Virus record (IMG/VR): IMGVR_UViG_3300011008_002712
Length of the DNA: 64,000 bases
Reading direction: 5' to 3' (one strand)
Origin: a virus
Taxonomy: Duplodnaviria; Caudoviricetes
Position numbers and translations under genes: made by a program. The notes under the pieces are model-generated. The model worked only from the letters and a program-made list of their open reading frames with translations. It searched no databases and was not told the origin of the DNA. Position 1 is the first letter of the stretch. Each line of letters opens with the position of its first letter. This document shows, one piece after another, positions 42,777 through 53,078 of the stretch.

Positions 42777-45595
42777 AAAATTCTTTTATCCAAAAAATCG
42801 TCATATATATTATTTAATGGAATTTTTTGTCTTATATCATCAGCTCTTTCATTAAAATCAAAATCATAATTTAAACATTTTGCACAATTTTTACTCAATG
42901 CCATAATCTTATACGACTTTTCATCATAATAATCTTTTTTTAATTGAACATTTTCATTATAATAATATTTTTTTATTGTCAAAAACAAATTATCAATATA
43001 TGCATTAATATTATTTAAAATTTTATCTTGTTCTAACAACGTATCCCAACAATGTTTGTCTATACAAGATTCTACCCATTCTCTAATGATAGTTTTATGT
43101 TGATCTAATTTATGATTATATAAAACATATTTTTTGAAATAGGAAAACACTGACATGCGCATCATTTTGCACCAAATATGCCCATATTGAGACAAATGAT
43201 ACATATCAACATTTTGAAATTGCCTGCCATATTTTTTTACATATTTTGTTTTTTTAATAGCTTCTAATCCGATTTTTTTAAGAACACATTTTTTGGCAAT
43301 ATCTTTTCCATAGCGTTCAGAGATTTTATTGTTTGTCATATGAGAAAAAATAATAGACGTCTTGTATTCTTTATCGCAATCTGCTATCATTTTTAAACAT
43401 TTCATAATTTCTTCACTAGAAACAACTTTGATTCTAATAACAGAAATCAAAGGATTGTCATAATTTTTTTGATAAATATCTATTTTATTCAACATAAATT
43501 GCTGAAGTATTCCAATAGAACTTAGAGCTTTGAATAAAATTGTAGCTCCCTTTCCATTATGAGACCTCAGAAATGAATTTCCATGAACATTTTCATCGAT
43601 ATATAGTTGAACTAACTTTTGTGCAATTGTAACATATTCGTTTGTAAGATGTTTATTATATTCATATGTATAATTAGATTGAATTACAATCTTTAGTACT
43701 TCACACATACGAATTATTTTTTTTGCATATTCTCCAACTATTTTATTTTTTCCCTTTACTTTCTTCAAAACAATATTCAAATTTTCAATATTCTTGTCTA
43801 ATCTCAGTATAGCATTTTTTAATTGTTTGTTTTTACCATAATATTTAACATCTAATTTCGCTGCTTCAGCTATTTTATTTAAAAATTCATGTTTTTTCAA
43901 ATGATTAATTCTACATGCTAAATTCACAACATTGAATCTTTTGTTTTCAATTGGTTCATACAAAACATTATTACCATTTTTATCTTCTTCTATTTTGGCT
44001 TTTCTTGAATTTGATTCTTTAAAGCATATCCATTTAACATATCCCAAAGCATCTGTATTCAAATATTTTCTTAGATCTATTTTACACATAATCTTCCCTA
44101 TATCATACAGAGAAATTTCTTTTTTCATCAAAAAGTCAGGATAATCTTTACGAATCATACTAATCAATTCTTCATAAGAAGAAATAGTATTATTTTGAAT
44201 TAATGACAAAAACTTATGTTCATCAATAATTTTTTGAGGAATATTTTTTTGTTTTTTCTTTTCTTTTTGATCTAATTTTTCTTTTGCAATAACATGTTTA
44301 CGTAAACATGATTTTGTCTCTATAGCTAAATTCATTAAATATTCATTTCCTAATGATTTAGCTTCTTCTTTTATTTTATCACAAACAAATTCTGGCGAAT
44401 ATTTTCTGTTTTGTTCATCAGTAACATAGCTATAGACAACAAACGGAATGTTTGAATTATCATTTTTATAATGTTGAGACAATCCTTCTCTCAATATCTT
44501 TGTCACAGTATTTGTGCATCTTTTATCCAAATAATTCTTCCATTTTATTGACATATACCAAGAAAAATATTCAGATCTTAAATATTGAAAATTTTGATAA
44601 CCTTCTAATGTCATCCAAGAATTGTTATGGCAACATTTCATAGCTTTATCTGATTCATCGTGCGCAATATAATATTTATTGTCATATGCATATCTTGGTT
44701 GGCAGCCATTATTAGTCCGGACAATAGCAAATGGCTTATACCAAGGATGATTTAATAAAATCTTTTCAACATTCTCGATTTTTCTCATCTTTATACTATT
44801 ATTTTTATAATGTTTTGCTTTTCCAGTTGGTGTATATCCAATAATAACATCATAATCATCTGCGTCTTGAACAACATTGTCAAGACTTTGCTTTTGACGT
44901 ATAGCCCTAATTTCACTTGAAACCATCGTATGACTATCAAAAACGGAATGAACATAATTACTCTTCACCAGTTCTTTTATCGCTCTAGGTGACTCCGGTG
45001 ATGCTACGTGATTATATTTCTTATATTTTACTATCTTAAAATTATTTATAACTTCATATGTATTTAAAAAATCGCCCTTTCTGCTTTTAAAACATTTCTT
45101 CATTTCATCTATAAGTTGATAATAATTTTCATAGATTTCTTGTTGAAATGTATAATGAACATACATATGGCGATTAGGAAATCTCTCATCAGCATTCTTT
45201 GAATAAAAACTATTTTTTGCAATTTTTATGCTTTTACCAGTAACTGGATCAGAATAACAATAATTTATAACTTCTATTTGTTTTTCAATGACTATAATAT
45301 CATCTAATTGATGAACATATTTATAACTCTTTTCATGCATCATAAATTGTTCTTTAAAAAAATCGTTTGTTGTAGACTGAAATGATTTTTTTAACATCTT
45401 TTCAATATTTTCAAGATGTTTTTCATATTCATCTTTTGTATAAAAAACATCATCGTCTCTTTTGCAATAAACAACTTTACGTTTTCCATTGCATTCAAAG
45501 AATTTATGCTCACATAATTCTTCTTGTACTTCTATGTTTGAGTTTACGTAAATATCACTTACGTAATCATTAAATGTAAGTACCAAAACTTCCAT
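42761..45595 (-). CDS. Large basic hypothetical protein, possibly with a degenerate primase/Rep-like domain
   Basis: 944-aa ORF; PFAIVRTNNGCQ loosely recalls AEP/RepB P..IV.T..G.H; function uncertain. Confidence 0.5.
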   Translation of the reverse strand: MEVLVLTFNDYVSDIYVNSNIEVQEELCEHKFFECNGKRKVVYCKRDDDVFYTKDEYEKHLENIEKMLKKSFQSTTNDFFKEQFMMHEKSYKYVHQLDDIIVIEKQIEVINYCYSDPVTGKSIKIAKNSFYSKNADERFPNRHMYVHYTFQQEIYENYYQLIDEMKKCFKSRKGDFLNTYEVINNFKIVKYKKYNHVASPESPRAIKELVKSNYVHSVFDSHTMVSSEIRAIRQKQSLDNVVQDADDYDVIIGYTPTGKAKHYKNNSIKMRKIENVEKILLNHPWYKPFAIVRTNNGCQPRYAYDNKYYIAHDESDKAMKCCHNNSWMTLEGYQNFQYLRSEYFSWYMSIKWKNYLDKRCTNTVTKILREGLSQHYKNDNSNIPFVVYSYVTDEQNRKYSPEFVCDKIKEEAKSLGNEYLMNLAIETKSCLRKHVIAKEKLDQKEKKKQKNIPQKIIDEHKFLSLIQNNTISSYEELISMIRKDYPDFLMKKEISLYDIGKIMCKIDLRKYLNTDALGYVKWICFKESNSRKAKIEEDKNGNNVLYEPIENKRFNVVNLACRINHLKKHEFLNKIAEAAKLDVKYYGKNKQLKNAILRLDKNIENLNIVLKKVKGKNKIVGEYAKKIIRMCEVLKIVIQSNYTYEYNKHLTNEYVTIAQKLVQLYIDENVHGNSFLRSHNGKGATILFKALSSIGILQQFMLNKIDIYQKNYDNPLISVIRIKVVSSEEIMKCLKMIADCDKEYKTSIIFSHMTNNKISERYGKDIAKKCVLKKIGLEAIKKTKYVKKYGRQFQNVDMYHLSQYGHIWCKMMRMSVFSYFKKYVLYNHKLDQHKTIIREWVESCIDKHCWDTLLEQDKILNNINAYIDNLFLTIKKYYYNENVQLKKDYYDEKSYKIMALSKNCAKCLNYDFDFNERADDIRQKIPLNNIYDDFLDKRIFCQVA

Positions 45596-45759
45596 TTCCT
45601 TTCACGTTCAATTTTTTAAAATTATTTTATAACGAAAACCTATCATCATTTTTATAAAAAAATAAAACGCAAATTAATTAAAATCTGCGTTTTATAGAAA
45701 TAAAAGTTTTGGTATATTCAATGATAATTTATCATATCTTTTTTTACTAACTTCATTAC

Positions 45760-46500
45760 TCATTTTTCTACACATTGCAAAATTATTTTGTCGAATGTTT
45801 GTTCAGCATTTTTTAGTAATTGTTTGTTTCGTTCTGTTGGATAAACAACATATTGAGCCCAGTATATAGTGACAACACTTTTCGGTCCATAAAATGGATA
45901 ATCATTTTCTATAGATTGAATTCTTTTATTACGATATGCATATGTCGTCTGTATATATTTATTATCTTTTAAATTATGTTCTATGTCACTCGTCTCGCAA
46001 AAAATGGCATCTGGATTATCAATAGCAATATCTTTTGCTGAAATAACACTGTCGCTTTCTATTATCGAACAATTTGCATTATGAAGAATATCGTTCTCTA
46101 TCCCATTCTTATCCGAAACTCTGTATAAAACATCACCATCATTTCCTCTTTTTGTTTTAGTAAAATCTGTGATATACATGACTCTAGAATGAGAAAAATC
46201 ATTATCATACGTAATGTGATTTTCTAATTTTGAAAATTCATTCATGTCAATTTTTTTATCTTTCAAAAAAACTTTCATTTCTCTAAGATTTTTATCAACC
46301 GTGTCACAATCAATCATACTCAACGTATTAAATGCTTTATGATATTCATTATTTATTTTTATCTTATTTATCAAGCCATTGCCAAAATAAACAATCATTA
46401 AAAAAATGATTATGCATGCTACCAACCTAAAAGTATATGCATATAAATGCTTAACAATACGTTCCATTCTAACCACCTCACTCCTTAAAATATGCATCAA
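45760..46500 (-). CDS. Membrane-anchored protein with weak resemblance to the C-lobe of ABC substrate-binding proteins
   Basis: N-terminal TM helix; NPDAIF...FYGPKSV...YP. Confidence 0.45.
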   Translation of the reverse strand: MMHILRSEVVRMERIVKHLYAYTFRLVACIIIFLMIVYFGNGLINKIKINNEYHKAFNTLSMIDCDTVDKNLREMKVFLKDKKIDMNEFSKLENHITYDNDFSHSRVMYITDFTKTKRGNDGDVLYRVSDKNGIENDILHNANCSIIESDSVISAKDIAIDNPDAIFCETSDIEHNLKDNKYIQTTYAYRNKRIQSIENDYPFYGPKSVVTIYWAQYVVYPTERNKQLLKNAEQTFDKIILQCVEK

Positions 46501-47096
46501 TTTTTCATGTTCATAATTTCTTCATATTCTTTTTCAATTTTTTCATAATCGATATCATTGTCAACTAAGCTTCTTATATAATAGCTCAACAAAACACTTT
46601 TTGGGCCATAAAAAGAATCATCTATATAGTAAACGTGTTCTTTTCCAATATGTTTTAGCTGCCCATAAATTTTTTTATCATCACATAAAAAAATAGCATT
46701 ATAACTAATGATAGCTGAACCAACATGCGTTTCATATCCAGCATGTCTAATACTATCTATCATTAATTTATTGTCTGGAAAATTCATTGCATCTTCTGTT
46801 ATTTCGTCGACAAACATTATTTTTTTATTTGTTTTATCGAACGTCACATCAGATAATTCATTATATCTTTTTAAAGCATTAGCATATCCAGCATTTTTTA
46901 GTCTTTCTTTTTCTTCTATCAAATATTCATCAAGATATTTATCTTTTTTTACAAACAAAGAAAAAATGTTTTTATTGCTATTGATTTTATTTTCTATTAA
47001 TTTATCATTATGCAAAACATTTAGCATAACTGGAATAAAACATAACATTCTAATAACTGGAGCAGCAACTATAATGTTTTTCATTTTATTTTTCAA
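46497..47096 (-). CDS. Membrane-anchored protein, paralog of 45760-46500
   Basis: Hydrophobic N-terminus; AIFLCD and FYGPKSVL motifs shared. Confidence 0.5.
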   Translation of the reverse strand: MKNKMKNIIVAAPVIRMLCFIPVMLNVLHNDKLIENKINSNKNIFSLFVKKDKYLDEYLIEEKERLKNAGYANALKRYNELSDVTFDKTNKKIMFVDEITEDAMNFPDNKLMIDSIRHAGYETHVGSAIISYNAIFLCDDKKIYGQLKHIGKEHVYYIDDSFYGPKSVLLSYYIRSLVDNDIDYEKIEKEYEEIMNMKN

Positions 47097-47148
47097 AACA
47101 AATACGCCACCTTATGCTTTAGAATCAACAAATGTAAAAAATAATATG

Positions 47149-47502
47149 TTAATTGTTATGAATGCCAAAAAATTTCTTTATTTTTATCCAAAATGATTCT
47201 TTTTTAGAACGACGTATTCCCCATTCACATGAACGTTTCTTAAAATAATCATTAGTTAAATTAAATGCTTCATCAAGTTGAGCTTCGTTTAAGAACAAAA
47301 ATAAAAACCACTCTTTAATGTCTTTTTTAGTATATCGAGGATATTTTTCATGAATATCATTATAAACATTTTCAAGAAAAACATTGATGCTTTTAGCCAT
47401 TAGACATAAATCTAAATTTCCCTTAATTTTATGTCTAACAACATACTCACCATTATTTTTATGTTGTACCATAAGAACAAACTTTTCCATCAATACTATC
47501 AT
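47149..47502 (-). CDS. Hypothetical protein
   Basis: 117-aa ORF. Confidence 0.5.
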   Translation of the reverse strand: MIVLMEKFVLMVQHKNNGEYVVRHKIKGNLDLCLMAKSINVFLENVYNDIHEKYPRYTKKDIKEWFLFLFLNEAQLDEAFNLTNDYFKKRSCEWGIRRSKKESFWIKIKKFFGIHNN

Positions 47503-47518
47503 TTCCTTATTTTTATTT

Positions 47519-47854
47519 TTACCATTCTATTTTCAAAATCTTGACTTTATCAAACCATTCTTTTGCATTGTCTGGTATATGCACTTTTTTGACAAAGAAA
47601 TACTCATTAGATATATAACTCTTGCATAATCCTTCTTCGTATCCATAAGAAAAAGGATTATTTCGTGTAAAATCAAAATTTAAATTATATTCACCGTTTC
47701 TAAGCTTTTCATTCAAATAATTGCATATTTTTTCTGCATCATCTTTCTTTTCAAAAAATGCAACAGAAAAATAACCTGGTGCACCACCATCAATGCTTGT
47801 TTTTCCTTGTACAGCATATAAATCTTTCATGTGTTTTCTCCTCTTGAAAATCAA
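47519..47854 (-). CDS. Hypothetical protein
   Basis: GAGGAG RBS before MKDLYAV. Confidence 0.55.
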   Translation of the reverse strand: MIFKRRKHMKDLYAVQGKTSIDGGAPGYFSVAFFEKKDDAEKICNYLNEKLRNGEYNLNFDFTRNNPFSYGYEEGLCKSYISNEYFFVKKVHIPDNAKEWFDKVKILKIEW

Positions 47855-48113
47855 TCAATATTTTCAACCATTTACATTTTAACATAAAACTAATAAGTTG
47901 TAAACAGTAAGCACCAAAACAAAGAAATCCATAAATCCAATTATTATTGATGTAAGCTGTCAGCATTCAGGCACTACTATTTCCTTAATATTTATAAGGA
48001 AAATATGTTCATATCAGCCGAAATGAATTTGATTTCAGTCATTTTTTTTGTATAGCAATTTCATATTTACAGTATTTAGCTTTTTTGATAAAATTTTATT
48101 TGAGGTGATAGAT

Positions 48114-50048
48114 ATGGATGGATATAAAGAAATTCCTGAATATTCAAATTATGCAATAGACAAAAATGGGAATGTCCTTAGCAAGAAATTCAATAAGATT
48201 TTACACCATTGTATTTCAAAAACTGGAATTCATACTGTTTCAATAACAAAAAACAAACAAGCATATCGTTTCCCCGTGTCTAAGCTTCTGGCAATGACTT
48301 TTCTTGATAATCCAAATTATTGCATATACGTTAACTACAAAGATGGAGATCCAACAAACTTTTCATTAGATAATATTTATTGGAGCGAAAAAGTTTTTAG
48401 AAAGCAAAGGGGTAAATCAATGAGAATAAATCCAAAGAATCTGTCCGTAAAACCTACTATAAGCGAGACAAAATTTTTCCAAAAGCAATGCCAAATCAAT
48501 TTTCAAATCAGTAAAGAAGATTTTCGTAATTCTTTGATCTTTTCATCTTTATATAAAGAAAAATGTTTTGAATCAGACTGGAATGAATTTAAGAATTACA
48601 TAAAAGAATCTTATAAAGACAAAAAAGGAAAGCAGATAAGATTTTCTTCTCAACAAATTGATTTAGAGGCAAAAGAGATGGGAGTCAATGTTGAGAACGT
48701 TTGTACTATTGACAGGACTCTAATAGAAAGAGATGCAATCATTTTTGTCACATATGCGAATATCAATTTGATTTTGAATTTCAATCTTTTGAATATCCAT
48801 CCACAGTATGTTGATAGCAGCTATCACCCAGCCGTTTTGAATATTGTATATCGTATTTTAAAGAGCGATTTCATTCAAGCAATGAAAGATGCAAATTTTT
48901 ATGATGAATATCTTATTGATTATCATTGGAACGCATTCCAGTCGTTCTTGGATCGCTATTATGATGTGTCTAATCAAGGAATCGATACGATACGTTTGAA
49001 TTCATATATATTTTCTCAAAAAGCTAATGAGCTCGGACATGTTGCAGATATGCAAACAATATCTATCAATCACGTCATAGAGAATGACGAATACGATGCT
49101 ATTGACGTAGCTATGGCATGCACTTGTCATGATTTTCCTTTGACAATCAATAATGATTTTAATATGTTTGACCAATTAGATGAAATGGAAAAACATGTTA
49201 ATGTTGATGAAAATTTTGTCTGGACACAAGAATTGCTAAGCAAGCTTAATTTTCAGTTCCCATATCCTGAAACAAAGACTCCAGTAGACAAAAACATGAA
49301 AATGACATTTCATATTCATAGAAAGTTTTTTGTCCAACAATTAAAAAATGCTGGATTTGAAACGCTAGATTCTGAAAAAAATACTATCATGTTTAATGCA
49401 TGGAGTGACTATTTCGCAAATCAAGTACATGGCATTGATGATTTATCAAAATTTGGAATGAATAAAACGTTTCTAACAGATTTTGTCAAAAGATGGGGAT
49501 ATGAACCAACAAATATACAACTAAGACAAAATGAAGTAGACATTGACGACATAAACGATGATGTCAAAGAAGTGGAATTTACGATTATAACTAAAAGCAT
49601 AGTCAAAGACAGAGATGATGAAAGAGATGAAGAAATCATACGTTCTATCCAGACAAATCTAATCAGAGTAGACGGTGTAAAAAAAGATTTATCATGTTTT
49701 GGCACGGATCCATTCAATGACGCAAGCACGGACGATGATGAAGATTATAACTATTTTGATTGTTATATCAATTTTGATGAATTCAGGCTTGCTGTAGATG
49801 AAATTGGAATGTATGATGCAAATACAATCAAACGTACATGGGCATATTTAGCAAGATTCATCAATAATAATAATGTCTTAGCAGACAAAGAAGAAAGATA
49901 CTCAAGGATTGGATTTTATGAAGGGTGGAGCAACGATATATGCGAAAATCTTGGATATCATCAAGATAACATGGAATGTATTACTACGTGTAAATTAACA
50001 TCAAATAGAATCAATTTTACATTTGAATGCGAATCATATAAGCTTTAA
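48114..50048 (+). CDS. NUMOD4/degenerate HNH N-terminus fused to four repeated domains
   Basis: YKEIPEYSNYAIDKNGNV (NUMOD4); VNYKDGDPTNFSLDNIYW (HNH-like with H to Y); start moved to the ATG after GAGGTG. Confidence 0.65.
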   Translation: MDGYKEIPEYSNYAIDKNGNVLSKKFNKILHHCISKTGIHTVSITKNKQAYRFPVSKLLAMTFLDNPNYCIYVNYKDGDPTNFSLDNIYWSEKVFRKQRGKSMRINPKNLSVKPTISETKFFQKQCQINFQISKEDFRNSLIFSSLYKEKCFESDWNEFKNYIKESYKDKKGKQIRFSSQQIDLEAKEMGVNVENVCTIDRTLIERDAIIFVTYANINLILNFNLLNIHPQYVDSSYHPAVLNIVYRILKSDFIQAMKDANFYDEYLIDYHWNAFQSFLDRYYDVSNQGIDTIRLNSYIFSQKANELGHVADMQTISINHVIENDEYDAIDVAMACTCHDFPLTINNDFNMFDQLDEMEKHVNVDENFVWTQELLSKLNFQFPYPETKTPVDKNMKMTFHIHRKFFVQQLKNAGFETLDSEKNTIMFNAWSDYFANQVHGIDDLSKFGMNKTFLTDFVKRWGYEPTNIQLRQNEVDIDDINDDVKEVEFTIITKSIVKDRDDERDEEIIRSIQTNLIRVDGVKKDLSCFGTDPFNDASTDDDEDYNYFDCYINFDEFRLAVDEIGMYDANTIKRTWAYLARFINNNNVLADKEERYSRIGFYEGWSNDICENLGYHQDNMECITTCKLTSNRINFTFECESYKL

Positions 50049-50049
50049 T

Positions 50050-50077
50050 AAAAGGGGAGCCTAGGCTCCCCTTTTTT
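50050..50077 (+). terminator. Intrinsic terminator
   Basis: AAAAGGGGAGCC-TA-GGCTCCCCTTTTTT. Confidence 0.75.
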
Positions 50078-50190
50078 ATTCTATACCCAACTTCTTATAA
50101 ACACCTTCTACAGTGATTCTAGAATGCACAAGCCACATTATTAATTTATCGTACAACAACAAAAAACGCAATATTTATTTTAAATTGCTA

Positions 50191-50219
50191 TTTACATTGT
50201 AATTGTCGTGTGATATAAT
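50191..50219 (+). promoter_or_regulatory. Sigma70/SigA-type promoter
   Basis: TTTACA-N17-TATAAT with extended -10 TG. Confidence 0.6.
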
Positions 50220-50243
50220 TACAACAAGAGGGAGTGATTTTGA

Positions 50244-50945
50244 ATGTCTAGAATCATAGCAATTGGTGATATTCATGGGAATTATGATAAATTGATGTCT
50301 TTGTGGAATAAACTTAACATATCATCAGATGATAAAGTTATTTTTTTAGGAGACTATATAGATAGAGGAAACAAAAATATAGAAGTTATTTCTTTTATTA
50401 TGAAACTATCACAGCAAGATAATATTATCTGCCTGATGGGAAATCATGAAGATATGTTCTTAAGCTATCTAGACAAAGATATATGGGGAAATGATTGGCT
50501 TCATAATGGAGGAGAAATAACATTAAATCAGCTAAAAGAAAAACAAAATATTCTATATGAATTTGAAGAATTTTGCAGGAATAAATTGTTGCTTTATTAT
50601 AGTATGATTATCAATCAACAAAAATATATCTTTGTTCATGCTGGAATCAATCCTTCTTCTAAAGAACAAACAAGAGATTCATTACTATGGACAAGAGAAA
50701 CATTCTACAATCATTATAAAGGAAATGATATTTTTGTAGTTGGACATACCGTTACGATATATTTTGATTTTGAATTCAAAGTATATGCTGGATGCTATAA
50801 CAATGATAACTATGCTCCAATCAAATTAAGAAATAACATTTATGCTATAGACACTGGAAGTTACTTAGATGAAGGAAAAATAACTGCATGGATATACGAT
50901 TTAAATGATAATCATATTAAATATATGCAAAGTAGCTCATTATAA
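50244..50945 (+). CDS. Calcineurin-like metallophosphoesterase (Ser/Thr phosphatase)
   Basis: GDIHG, GDYIDRG, GNHE, HAG, GHT, IDTG. Confidence 0.9.
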   Translation: MSRIIAIGDIHGNYDKLMSLWNKLNISSDDKVIFLGDYIDRGNKNIEVISFIMKLSQQDNIICLMGNHEDMFLSYLDKDIWGNDWLHNGGEITLNQLKEKQNILYEFEEFCRNKLLLYYSMIINQQKYIFVHAGINPSSKEQTRDSLLWTRETFYNHYKGNDIFVVGHTVTIYFDFEFKVYAGCYNNDNYAPIKLRNNIYAIDTGSYLDEGKITAWIYDLNDNHIKYMQSSSL

Positions 50946-50963
50946 ATAGAGAGGGAATAAAAC

Positions 50964-51158
50964 ATGATATATATAGTTTGTTTTTTTCTTTTTTGTGCTA
51001 TTACATTTTTTATTTTATGTTCAACAGCCAAAGAATATCCAATTGAAGAAGGATATATTCAATGCTCAAAATGCAATAAATATTTTCCACCAAATGAACT
51101 AATCTTCGATAAAAATTTTTATTGTCATAAATGTGCAGAACAAAGAAAAAAATTGTAA
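50964..51158 (+). CDS. Small membrane-anchored Zn-finger protein
   Basis: TM N-terminus; CSKC...CHKC. Confidence 0.55.
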   Translation: MIYIVCFFLFCAITFFILCSTAKEYPIEEGYIQCSKCNKYFPPNELIFDKNFYCHKCAEQRKKL

Positions 51159-51251
51159 ATTAAATAATTATTAGTAGAAGACTACTGATTCATATAAGCA
51201 CTAAACCTTTTATGATTTAAGGTTTTTAAGCGTTCTTTTGCCGAATTTATT

Positions 51252-51782
51252 TTGAAAGGAGTCGTTTTTTTGAGTTACGTTTTTAACGGAGTAACATATA
51301 AAAGTATGCTTCAATGTTGTCAAACATTGAACGTTGATTATACTTATATGCTTTTCTTAAAAAAGAAACATAAAATTACATCTCAAGAAGCGATTGAACA
51401 CCTTGTCAAAAAACTAAGACCAAAAAATATTTCTATTACGTTTAGAGGAATAACATACGAAAACAGATATAAATTATGCAATTCATATAATGTAAGCTAT
51501 ATGACAATCTATTCATATATGAAAAAATATGATGTCAATTTTTTAGTTGCTTTTTCTTTATATTTGGAAAATAAGGAAAGGCATAAAATAAAGAAAAATA
51601 AACCAAACAAGTATACTGTGATATACAAAGGAAAAACATATAAAAACATGGCACAATGTTGTAAAGAATTAAATTTAAATTACGGTTCTGTAAGACAAAC
51701 AAAAAGTTTGTTTAAATTTACAAATGAACAAGTCTTAGACTACTTTTTTAGAAGTCAAAATAAAAGAACAAAACCAAAGTAA
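51252..51782 (+). CDS. Basic protein with three small HTH-like DNA-binding repeats
   Basis: FNGVTYKSMLQCC, FRGITYENRYKLC and YKGKTYKNMAQCC repeats. Confidence 0.55.
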   Translation: MKGVVFLSYVFNGVTYKSMLQCCQTLNVDYTYMLFLKKKHKITSQEAIEHLVKKLRPKNISITFRGITYENRYKLCNSYNVSYMTIYSYMKKYDVNFLVAFSLYLENKERHKIKKNKPNKYTVIYKGKTYKNMAQCCKELNLNYGSVRQTKSLFKFTNEQVLDYFFRSQNKRTKPK

Positions 51783-51930
51783 CAGGTTTTATAAATGGCA
51801 TTTTTTTTAAAAAAACAAGAATACTTAGATTATTTTAAGATAAGTAGATTAAGATTTAATAAGAATATGATACAAATTTTAAAAACTCTGTAAAAAATTG
51901 CAATAAAAATAGAAGTGAGATCAGTTGATC

Positions 51931-53019
51931 TCACTTTTTCTTTGACGCTAATTGGCACATATATAAAACATCTATCGGAATCACTGATAAGATTGTTTTT
52001 GTCAATGTATAAGTATCACAATGGCTTAATGATCCAATAAAAGAATTCAATGTCTGAGTGAATCTGAGTAAAGTTTCTTCTTTATATAATAGTTTTTTAA
52101 CATGCGATTTCATTTTTCTTTTTATTCTAAGAGCAGAACTTTTTCTTAATTTCATATGATCGTGAAATGCAACATATCCACAAAAATCAACACCAACTCT
52201 AGTTTTTCTAATCGCTGTTTTTCTGTTGAATTCTAATTTTAAATTATTTTTTGCAAATTCTTTTAATTTATCTCTTATTTCGCGAAGATAGTTTTTATCA
52301 TTATGAACAATGCATATGTCATCCATGTATCTTACATAATATTTTGTTCTTAATTCGTGTTTTGCATATTGATCTAATTCATTTAAATATATATTTGCAA
52401 ACATTTGCGAAGTTAAATTGCCTATTGGAAGTCCTAATCCAGTTTCTCTTTCTCCAGTCAAGAAAATGTCATCTAAAGCGATACCAAGAGGCTCCTGACA
52501 GAATATAATATCTCCAAGAAGTTTTTGTGCTCTTTTATCTTTTATTGTATCGCATATTATCTGGTAAAGTATTTCATGTACAACTCTATAAAAATATTTA
52601 GATATATCCATTTTTAAGATATAGCTATCTTCTCCACATATTTTTATATATTCTTGTAATTTATCTATAGCTGCATGGGTTCCTCCACCAACTCTACATG
52701 CATAACTTGTTGGTATGAATCTTTTTTCAAAAATTGGATTGATTGTTGCAAAAACACTCCATTGAACAACTCTGTCTTTAAATGGTAATGACATAATTAA
52801 TCTTCGCTTTGGATCTGATATATAGAATTTATGATATGGAGACATGACATAAGTGTCATTGATTAATTCTTTTTGTATTTCTAATAAATTTTTTCTTGGA
52901 TTCATCATAAATTCTATTGCGTCTCTTCTATTTCGTTTTCCTTTCAATGCTTTTTTATAGGCATATACTAACGTATCCATGTCAGTAATTTGTTCAAATA
53001 TGTGATTATATCTTTTCAA
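51931..53019 (-). CDS. DGR-type reverse transcriptase
   Basis: PKRRLIMSLPFKDRVVQ, LKMDISKYF, GLPIGNLTSQ (DGR-type motif), YVRYMDD, GVDFCGY; start moved to TTG at 53019 after GGAG RBS. Confidence 0.9.
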   Translation of the reverse strand: MKRYNHIFEQITDMDTLVYAYKKALKGKRNRRDAIEFMMNPRKNLLEIQKELINDTYVMSPYHKFYISDPKRRLIMSLPFKDRVVQWSVFATINPIFEKRFIPTSYACRVGGGTHAAIDKLQEYIKICGEDSYILKMDISKYFYRVVHEILYQIICDTIKDKRAQKLLGDIIFCQEPLGIALDDIFLTGERETGLGLPIGNLTSQMFANIYLNELDQYAKHELRTKYYVRYMDDICIVHNDKNYLREIRDKLKEFAKNNLKLEFNRKTAIRKTRVGVDFCGYVAFHDHMKLRKSSALRIKRKMKSHVKKLLYKEETLLRFTQTLNSFIGSLSHCDTYTLTKTILSVIPIDVLYMCQLASKKK

Positions 53020-53078
53020 CGTAATTCTCCTAATTCGAAATGTTGTTTTTATTTTATTCAAAAAAGGATTGATAATTT

